Of a stretch of DNA of 44,056 nt, positions 25,426-32,415 are shown in pieces. The DNA lies in NCBI GenBank assembly GCA_964363425.1, contig CAYIIG010000001.1, forward strand, positions 1-44,056, written 5' to 3'. A program made the position numbers and the translations under genes. The first letter of the stretch is position 1; every line of letters starts with the position of its first letter. The notes beneath the pieces are model-generated. The model was not told where the DNA came from, did not search any database, and saw only the letters and a list, made by a program, of their open reading frames with translations. The stretch comes from an uncultured Candidatus Saccharibacteria bacterium. GTDB taxonomy: Bacteria; Patescibacteriota; Minisyncoccia; Phycocordibacterales; GWA1-40-21.

Positions 25426-27165
25426 CTATTTCACTAATTTCCCGATATCATCAACTTCTTTCTTAATAAATTTCTCGGCATCTTCCACATCTCGTTTAAA
25501 TTGCTTAAGAATCTTATCTTCTTCTTTTGTAAGCTCTCTCTTAGTGTGAGTTTTTTCAAGAATTTTTATGGTTTCTTGCACATTCTCCTTCAATAAATTA
25601 AATGAGTCGCTCACAGCCGATGAGGCTTCTCGCGTTTCTTTTCGAATTCGCTTTTTCAAAAATAGGAATTTATGCCAACTGTACCAAACAAGTACAATAA
25701 TGAGAACTATCAAGGCTATAAGCGGAATAAGGACAGCAAAGAAACTAACAGCCCAAGAACCAATCCGCAAAAACGCTGACTGGATAACCTTGATTGTAAT
25801 TTTCTCACCAGGCAAACTTTTTGCGCCTCTATCACCCTCAACTTCCGCCCAAAATTTGTAGACACCATCTTGCATTTTTTCCTCAGAAACGAAAGTAAAT
25901 TTCCCGTCTTGACCGCTTTTAATAATAAAGCTTCTTTCATTTTCTTTATCCATTTTGAGCCAAACTGTCACTTTGCTATTAGGGTAAGTAGAGCCTTTGG
26001 CAATGAGAGTCTCACCGCTCGTCAATTCTTTTGAATACTCTGTAAAAATCGGCGCCTCTAAAGGCTTAATAATAAATTCCTCGGTGTTGACGGAATAATT
26101 TTCCGCCTTATCAAACGCCTGAACTAAAATATTTCGTTTGCCGGGATTTTGCGGAAGTAATGTATATGGATTAGTTTTCACAATTTCCGGCGCCACATTG
26201 AAAAAATCGCCCTCGCCGATTTTTATTTTGTAATAATTAACGCCGGACAGAGAATCCGTGGTGTCAAAAACCACTGTCGGTCTTGGATTTTCCGTTTCGT
26301 TGCCATCAATGAATTTTATCTTAAATGGCTTTGGCGGTTCCGTGTCAATTTGGAATCGGAAATGGGATATTTCTCCCCAACCTTTAGAGTTACGAAATTG
26401 GGCGTGAAAATAATGGATACCGTCAGTTAAATCAGGTATCTCTTTCTTACTGATGGCTGGCGAATAAACCACAGTTGGTGTGGAGCGAGGAAGATCGCCA
26501 ACCGACAGTCTTACCGCTGTCACATCGTCCGGGACTTTCCATTCAAATGACGAGTCTTTTTTAGAATACCAGCTATTTGGGTCAGAATGAGTTGGTGAGG
26601 ATATTTCCGGAGCGGATGGTGTGCCGTAAACTATAGTGGGAGTGGTTGATTCTGTAATTGTTGAACCTTTACTATCCAGACTAAACCGAGCACTTCCAAG
26701 ACTTTTTAAAATATTAGTACCTTGGCCATCATTGGCAAGCACGGAACCCGATGGGAAATTAAGATCGACGACACCTAATGCTTTTACCTTAAAACTAACC
26801 GTGATAATTTTACCGGAAGAACCCATAAAGCCCGGATTAAGGACTATTCCTTCAAAATTCACAGTGCCTTCCTTATTTGAAAACGACGGCTCCTGAACCC
26901 ATAGAGAAAAGATGGACCCGGATTTGGAAACCGATACAACTTCCAGCTTATCTTGCGGAAATGAAATCACTCCGGACGCGGCATTCAAAGCTTGGTCGGC
27001 GCTTGAAACATACACAGTTGTCGACAACAGGCTTCCGATAGCGTTGGAACCGGAAGAAGGGGAAAAATACAAATTCGCCGCATTAACGACATTTCCAACA
27101 CTGAAAAATGCCAGCAGTAAAATAAAAAATAGTAAAATATATTTTATTTTTTGAATTTTTTCCAT
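25426..27165 (-). CDS. Cohesin-like domain surface protein with a C-terminal TM anchor and cytoplasmic coiled-coil tail
   Basis: Starts at ATG 27165 (MEKIQKIKYILLFFILLLAFFSVGNVVNA signal peptide). N-terminal module: LYFSPSSG...VYVSS...LNAASGVISFPQDKLEVVSVSK...FEGIVLNPGF...GKIITVSFKVKALG...LANDGQGTNIL. Ig-like middle region, TM WAVSFFAVLIPLIALIVLIIVLVW, then a Lys/Glu-rich tail. Confidence 0.65.
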   Translation of the reverse strand: MEKIQKIKYILLFFILLLAFFSVGNVVNAANLYFSPSSGSNAIGSLLSTTVYVSSADQALNAASGVISFPQDKLEVVSVSKSGSIFSLWVQEPSFSNKEGTVNFEGIVLNPGFMGSSGKIITVSFKVKALGVVDLNFPSGSVLANDGQGTNILKSLGSARFSLDSKGSTITESTTPTIVYGTPSAPEISSPTHSDPNSWYSKKDSSFEWKVPDDVTAVRLSVGDLPRSTPTVVYSPAISKKEIPDLTDGIHYFHAQFRNSKGWGEISHFRFQIDTEPPKPFKIKFIDGNETENPRPTVVFDTTDSLSGVNYYKIKIGEGDFFNVAPEIVKTNPYTLLPQNPGKRNILVQAFDKAENYSVNTEEFIIKPLEAPIFTEYSKELTSGETLIAKGSTYPNSKVTVWLKMDKENERSFIIKSGQDGKFTFVSEEKMQDGVYKFWAEVEGDRGAKSLPGEKITIKVIQSAFLRIGSWAVSFFAVLIPLIALIVLIIVLVWYSWHKFLFLKKRIRKETREASSAVSDSFNLLKENVQETIKILEKTHTKRELTKEEDKILKQFKRDVEDAEKFIKKEVDDIGKLVK

Positions 27166-28031
27166 AAAATTTTCCAGACAAGATACACTATAATTAGTAG
27201 CGTTATTATAACAAAGATTGTGTAATCGCCATACCATGCGCTCGCCTTTTGCGCCGAAATCACGACGACTCTTTTATTGCCTGACTTATCAACTGCTTTA
27301 ATAAATATTTTCCTGTCAAGCGGTTGATGTTTTAAAAGATACGGGCTCTCCGAAACACCAAACCAACCCCATTGTCCCTCACGCACTTCATAATGATCAA
27401 TCCCCGATGCTTTATCTTGCGTCGCAAAAACGAGAAAATATTTTCCGGCAAATATGTTTTGGTCGCTCGCAATGGTCGGCTTGAAATCCTCCGGTGGCTC
27501 CGTGTCTGGAGGAATTTGTAATTTGTAACTTGTAACTTGGCTTTCTGATTTTAAAATTCTAAATTCAAAATTCAAAATTTTCGTTTCTGCTTCTGTTCCT
27601 TTTCCATCGTTCCTCAATGCCTTTATATCGCGAATTTCGATTGCGCCACCACCTTCTTTCTTGGCGCGAAAAATGACTGAAAATAAAAGCTCCTTTGTGT
27701 CCGAAAGTCCTCCCGGAGTAATACCTGAAAAAGCAATGACACCTAATTGAAAAGTGTGCGGTTTTTCAATCCAAAAATTGATAGCGGAATTACCATCTAA
27801 GACTTCTTTTATCTCCAGCAAATCGGCAGGAAAAACAATTTTACCCTCAATAGCGTTAATTGATTCTTCTTCCGTATTTAAAAACACCTGCGCCAAAAAT
27901 TCTTCATTCGGCGCGAAAGATTGATTTTTCGCGTCAAAAAATACCTCTACTGCGAAAGCTGGGGTAAACGCAAAAAACAATATGATGCCTAATGATGCGA
28001 TTGTTGTCTTGATTTGTGATATGTGTCTCAT
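27144..28031 (-). CDS. Cohesin-like domain surface protein with a C-terminal TM anchor
   Basis: Starts at ATG 28031 (MRHISQIKTTIASLGIILFFAFTPAFA). Module: VFLNTEEESINAIEGKIVFPADLLEIKEV...IAFSGITPGG...LLFSVIFRAKKEGGGAIEI...LRNDGKGTE. C-terminal TM TIFVIITLLIIVYLVW. Overlaps the next gene by 22 nt. Confidence 0.62.
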   Translation of the reverse strand: MRHISQIKTTIASLGIILFFAFTPAFAVEVFFDAKNQSFAPNEEFLAQVFLNTEEESINAIEGKIVFPADLLEIKEVLDGNSAINFWIEKPHTFQLGVIAFSGITPGGLSDTKELLFSVIFRAKKEGGGAIEIRDIKALRNDGKGTEAETKILNFEFRILKSESQVTSYKLQIPPDTEPPEDFKPTIASDQNIFAGKYFLVFATQDKASGIDHYEVREGQWGWFGVSESPYLLKHQPLDRKIFIKAVDKSGNKRVVVISAQKASAWYGDYTIFVIITLLIIVYLVWKILWKKFKK

Positions 28032-28041
28032 AATATGTGAT

Positions 28042-29100
28042 TTACCCCGTCCAATAAAACGCCAAGATTGAAAAATCAACCAAATTAACCTTGCCGTCTT
28101 TGTTTAAGTCAACGGAAGGTGGCGGAGACGGTCTGTTATGCCAATACGCGGCAATGGAAAAATCAACAATACCAACTTTTTTATCATTGTTTAAATCGCC
28201 TTTTTCCGGCGCTCTTTTAAAATCTTCTGCCAAAATTGTTTTTGTGCCGACAATAAAACTAACAACCTTACTGAAGGAGCTTATCTCTCCATTGAGCGCA
28301 ACTTTAGATTTCGCGGTGTGTTGTCCGATTTCAAGAATAGATGTGTCAAAATTAAACAAATACGCTCCACTTGCGTCAGATATTTTTTTCACAAAAAATT
28401 CTTCTTCCGAATTAACGCTGATAGTAATTTCCGATGCAGGCGTACTTTGTCCAAAAATTACGATGTTTTCGCCTCGTTTTACCTCGCTTTTGTCTACCAC
28501 GATGGTCGGGGCGATAAAAATACCGCTTACTCTGGTGGTCGCGCCGAAAGTGACGCCTACTGGAAAAGTCAAAAGAGAGGAACGGATGCCTTTGTTATCT
28601 TCTGAATAAACCGAGAAAATATAATTTCCGCCGGAAAGATTAGATAGCGTTATTTGAAAATTGGCATCCGCCCCCGCAACTGTAGTGGCGGCAATTTGCG
28701 CGTCTTTGAGAAGGGTTACTACGCTTTTGGGATACGCGCGACCGGAAAAAATGGCTTGTGGCGACTGGCGCGGAAATTCCCCTCCTCCCCCACCACCTCC
28801 TCCGCTGACCGCGGAAGAAGCGCTGGAAGCGCTACTGGAATAACAAGCTACAGTGTTAAATTCGCAAGAAAGTCCGCAAGTCAATGTTCCACTTGAAAAT
28901 CCGCGATTAATGCAAGTCGCTCCTCCTAAAGCAGAACCATCGCATTGTTCCCCGACACCGATTACACCATCTCCGCAAAGGCTTATTTTTATCGTTGCGG
29001 TGATTTCAGCCGCGAAAATTTCCGACCTAAAAAGCGTGGTGAAAATAATTATAAGAATAGATACGAATGTTAAAACGGCATATAAATTTTTGCTGGACAT
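28042..29100 (-). CDS. Secreted dockerin-domain protein with an N-terminal Cys-rich repeat and Gly/Ser linker
   Basis: 352 aa; signal peptide. CGDGVIGVGEQCDG...C...C...C resembles the Myxococcus-type Cys-rich repeat. SSSASSASSAVSGGGGGGGG linker, two Ig-like segments, and a C-terminal duplicated Ca-binding dockerin repeat (GDLNNDKKVGIVDFSIAAYW / VDLNKDGKVNLVDFSILAFYW). Confidence 0.8.
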   Translation of the reverse strand: MSSKNLYAVLTFVSILIIIFTTLFRSEIFAAEITATIKISLCGDGVIGVGEQCDGSALGGATCINRGFSSGTLTCGLSCEFNTVACYSSSASSASSAVSGGGGGGGGEFPRQSPQAIFSGRAYPKSVVTLLKDAQIAATTVAGADANFQITLSNLSGGNYIFSVYSEDNKGIRSSLLTFPVGVTFGATTRVSGIFIAPTIVVDKSEVKRGENIVIFGQSTPASEITISVNSEEEFFVKKISDASGAYLFNFDTSILEIGQHTAKSKVALNGEISSFSKVVSFIVGTKTILAEDFKRAPEKGDLNNDKKVGIVDFSIAAYWHNRPSPPPSVDLNKDGKVNLVDFSILAFYWTG

Positions 29101-29109
29101 TGAACATTA

Positions 29110-29730
29110 TTATTTTCTTACGCCTATGTTGAATGAAAAGAATTTTCTAAAAAGAAAGATGAGAACGGCAAACAAAACAACACCAAGTCCCACCCATGAC
29201 CATGGTGAGTTAATTCTAAAAAACGCCTCGGTTCTATGTAAAACAGCTTGCCAGATGTTCGCGGGCGCCACCGTAAAAAACAATTTTGTAGCGACCGCTA
29301 TGCCGACAGTGGTGCCGGGCTTATCAAGCACCCCCACAGGACCGCTTTCAATAAATGCGAAATAATCACCTTGCTCCGCTTTCACTGGAACAATCATAGT
29401 GACCAAAACTTCTTGGCTTTCTGTGGGCAAAATCGTAAAAGTGGAGGGACTGAAGACAAACCAATCTTTGCGTGGCCGCATCTGGGGATTTTCCTGATGA
29501 TACGCAACCCCCATTCCGTAAGTGGTCGTTTCGTCACCTGTATTGAAAATCCGCAGACTTGGAAGAGTATAGATTTCTCCAGGCTTCACTAATTCCGTCA
29601 ATCGTATTTCTCCCGCTCCTATGCCTACACCGACTTTCGCGGAAACTACAGAGAAATACAGAGAAAATAATGCTGTGAATAGCATGATGGTCGCCAAAAC
29701 GCCTAATGTTATATGTCTAAATAATTTCAT
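29110..29730 (-). CDS. Signal-peptide plus C-terminal-TM beta-sandwich protein (architecture resembles DUF916/DUF3324 anchors of Gram-positive WxL loci)
   Basis: 206 aa; signal peptide ending VVSAKVG. Beta-rich core (IRLTELVKPGEIYTLPSLRIFNTGDETTTY...FTILPTESQEVLVTMIVPVKAEQGDYFAFI). C-terminal TM WVGLGVVLFAVLIFLF followed by RK. Confidence 0.6.
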   Translation of the reverse strand: MKLFRHITLGVLATIMLFTALFSLYFSVVSAKVGVGIGAGEIRLTELVKPGEIYTLPSLRIFNTGDETTTYGMGVAYHQENPQMRPRKDWFVFSPSTFTILPTESQEVLVTMIVPVKAEQGDYFAFIESGPVGVLDKPGTTVGIAVATKLFFTVAPANIWQAVLHRTEAFFRINSPWSWVGLGVVLFAVLIFLFRKFFSFNIGVRK

Positions 29731-29762
29731 TTTTGTATCGTTACGAATAAATATTGTCAGTC

Positions 29763-31673
29763 CTATTCGCTCAAAACATTAATTAATGCATTTGCAGAAT
29801 TAATCAACACATCTGCGGTTATCTGATCAATAATGCCATTCGCAAGATCGTTCTCAGCCTTATTTATAAAAGCATAAAGTTGATTTAAGGCTGGTGTAAT
29901 CTTGCCATCTTCAATAAACTTCTCAACCTTTTTCAGGTTGGAAAGATATGAATTTTCAATATTTGTCGCAAAATCAGCAAGAACTACACTATCAACAATA
30001 TCTACCGCTTGCTCTACCGGTGTTGGATTGTCTCCCACAGTAATAACTACATCAAGTTGAGCTGTCTCTGATGGGGTGCCATTATCAGTTGCAAAAAAAG
30101 AAACGACATATACGCCTCCTTGAGTTAAATCTGGCGTCCAGACAAATACTCCTGTTTCGGCATTAAATATCGCGCCCACAGGCAGAACGCTTGTCGAAAG
30201 AGTTACTATGTCGGTGTCAAGATCAGTAGCCACAACCACAAATTCAAGAAGAGTTTCTTCTTGAATTTCCTGCGGTCCAACAAAATCGAAAATCGGTGCC
30301 CGATTAACATTCCCCACTGTGATAGTAACGAGTTCAACATCAAGCTCCATTGGTGTCCCGTCGTCGGTAACTGTAAATTCAACATCCGTATAATTGCCTG
30401 CGTCTTCAAAGCTCGGTACCCAACTAAATGTTGCTGTATTGGTATCAAATGTTGCTCCTGCCGGTAGGTTGGAGGCACTAAAAGTTAAATTATCGTTGTC
30501 TGAATCAGATGCTGTAATTGTAAACTCAAGAAGTTGTCCCTCTGTCACAATTTTGTTTCCGATTAGGTCAAGAGTAGGTGGAGTATTGATTGGTTGAGAA
30601 TGGATGCCTCCAAATAAGTACACGGAACCCACAAGCTCGGGACTGATACCATCTCTAGGTGCTCCTATGAGTAGATCTCCGTTGAGCGTCGCCACAACAG
30701 AGAAACCAAAGAAGTTATTGTACTCTATGGCTGGGCTATCCATAGTTATAAGCAATTCCCCTGTAATACCATCAAATAGATACGCTGAACCTCCTAGTGT
30801 AGCAAGTGTATAATTATTATATGCCCCAACAAGTAAGTCACCATTTGGTGTTATAGCGACAGAGAAACCAAAGAAATAAGCCTTCTCTGGATATGGATTG
30901 CTTATCGTCAATTTCAGTGCACCTGTAGTACCATCAAACAGATACACTGAACCAGTATCTGTAGCAATAGTATCGTCTAAGCGTGCTGAAATAAGAATGT
31001 CCCCATTTGGCGTTGTGGCAACATGCTCGCCAAACAAATCACCTAACTGTGGAGTTGGGTTATTTACAGTCAGAAGCAATGCACCTGTAGTATTATCAAA
31101 TAGATATGCTGAACCAGCATTACTGGCACCAGTATCATCCGCAGGTGCTCCAACGAGCAGATTTCCATTTGGTGTTACTGCAACAGATGCGCCGAAGCTA
31201 TCCATTTGTTTTGGAGTCGGGTTATTTATAGTTAACTTTAAAGCCCCTGTAGTACCATCAAACAGGTACACTGAGCCAGAGCCGACTTCGCTAGAATTAT
31301 CATATATCGCACCAATCAATAAATCTCCATTTGGTGTCGTGGCAACAGATGCGCCAAAGCGTTCACCGCCTGGCTCCGGTGTTGGATTATTAATAGTCAA
31401 CTTTAACTCACCTGTAATGCCATTAAATAAATATACTGAACCCGTATCCGTAAAGATAGCATCATCAAAAGGTGCTCCAACAAGTAAATCACCATTTGGT
31501 GTTACGGCAATGGCACTACCGAATTTTTCATTGTACAGGGAGGTAGGATTATCAATAGTTAAAAGCAAACCTCCTATTGCCGCTTTCACATAGTATGTAG
31601 TTATCAATAGAGACAATAAGACCATTAACAACATTGTAGACTTAGTAAGGATTTTGAATGACGGTGTTCGCAT
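29763..31673 (-). CDS. FG-GAP repeat beta-propeller protein with two cadherin-like/putative-Ig domains and a C-terminal helical domain
   Basis: Starts at ATG 31673 (MRTPSFKILTKSTMLLMVLLSLL). About six to seven repeats of FG.SVA.TPNGDLL.GA......GSVYLFDG.TG.L.LT..NP. Then two LTFSASNLPAGATFD...FSWVP...AGNY...TDDG modules and a helical tail. Confidence 0.85.
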   Translation of the reverse strand: MRTPSFKILTKSTMLLMVLLSLLITTYYVKAAIGGLLLTIDNPTSLYNEKFGSAIAVTPNGDLLVGAPFDDAIFTDTGSVYLFNGITGELKLTINNPTPEPGGERFGASVATTPNGDLLIGAIYDNSSEVGSGSVYLFDGTTGALKLTINNPTPKQMDSFGASVAVTPNGNLLVGAPADDTGASNAGSAYLFDNTTGALLLTVNNPTPQLGDLFGEHVATTPNGDILISARLDDTIATDTGSVYLFDGTTGALKLTISNPYPEKAYFFGFSVAITPNGDLLVGAYNNYTLATLGGSAYLFDGITGELLITMDSPAIEYNNFFGFSVVATLNGDLLIGAPRDGISPELVGSVYLFGGIHSQPINTPPTLDLIGNKIVTEGQLLEFTITASDSDNDNLTFSASNLPAGATFDTNTATFSWVPSFEDAGNYTDVEFTVTDDGTPMELDVELVTITVGNVNRAPIFDFVGPQEIQEETLLEFVVVATDLDTDIVTLSTSVLPVGAIFNAETGVFVWTPDLTQGGVYVVSFFATDNGTPSETAQLDVVITVGDNPTPVEQAVDIVDSVVLADFATNIENSYLSNLKKVEKFIEDGKITPALNQLYAFINKAENDLANGIIDQITADVLINSANALINVLSE

Positions 31674-31763
31674 ATTTATATTTTTATTGATTAAAGATAC
31701 CATCAAAATAGTACTAAAAAATACTATTGCTTTGCTATTTGCGTATGTCAAACAAACAACTTT

Positions 31764-32219
31764 TTATTGTGATACGACTTGAACGGTGACAGTAATTGAT
31801 TTTTGGGCGAAGTCAGTCGAAACGGTTGGTGTAGTTAACCGAAAATCAAGGTTTTGTGTTACAGCACCGCTAGGGAATGTCGACGAGGCGGTAATGTATG
31901 TAGTATCGTCCGAGAATTTCATATAAGTCGAACCTGTTGTTGTTGAGACTTCGTGGATAAAAAGATTTGATCCAGTAGTTGGGTTAAGTGTCCACTGCGT
32001 TCCGCCTGTGGCATGAGTTGATTTTACATTCAATTTTGCGGCAGAGCCGTCGTTAGTTACTACCTGTGTCTCGCCATTGCCTACGGTAGTAGTTGCGGTA
32101 TTAAGAGCAACCGAACCATAAGCAATATTACCATCAGCAACAGAAACGGCAAGACTAACGGCTGACACTGTCGCAGTAACATTGGCGGTGGTGGCCGCTC
32201 TGGTCATCTGCCACAACAA
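31764..32219 (-). CDS. Small secreted subunit, paralog of the C-terminal domain of the 941-aa protein; 5' end is out of frame with its likely start (ATG 32313) because of a G9 tract
   Basis: The track ORF starts at TTG 32219. Removing one G from 32289-32297 joins it to ATG 32313, adding MKQDFTPPIAFNDFRAYIKIWALVVIIAGGLLLWQ (n-region plus hydrophobic helix). Confidence 0.7.
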   Translation of the reverse strand: MLWQMTRAATTANVTATVSAVSLAVSVADGNIAYGSVALNTATTTVGNGETQVVTNDGSAAKLNVKSTHATGGTQWTLNPTTGSNLFIHEVSTTTGSTYMKFSDDTTYITASSTFPSGAVTQNLDFRLTTPTVSTDFAQKSITVTVQVVSQ

Positions 32220-32415
32220 AAGACCGCCGGCAATAATAACGACAAGTGCCCATATTTTAATATAAGCGCGAAAATCATTGAAAGCGATGGGGGGGGGTAA
32301 AATCTTGTTTCATTTTGTTTTTAAAAAATTTAATTAATAATTATTAAAAAACCGAATTTAATATCAACATTATATCTCGCCAATTATATCAAGCAAGCCC
32401 GAGTTATCCACACCT

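Noticed and set aside
28781-28810. Polypyrimidine/polypurine tract encoding Gly8 in the dockerin protein, considered as a second slippage tract
   Set aside because: The glycine codons are mixed (GGA/GGT/GGG), so there is no long homopolymer or perfect short tandem repeat. It reads as an ordinary flexible linker and the frame is intact.
30898-31593. 231-aa plus-strand ORF, and several others (30206-30813, 28091-28896, 32907-33984, 34375-35140), opposite the surface-locus genes
   Set aside because: They are antisense shadows of long repeat-rich, GC-richer genes. They have no domain signatures and sit fully inside well-supported minus-strand CDSs.
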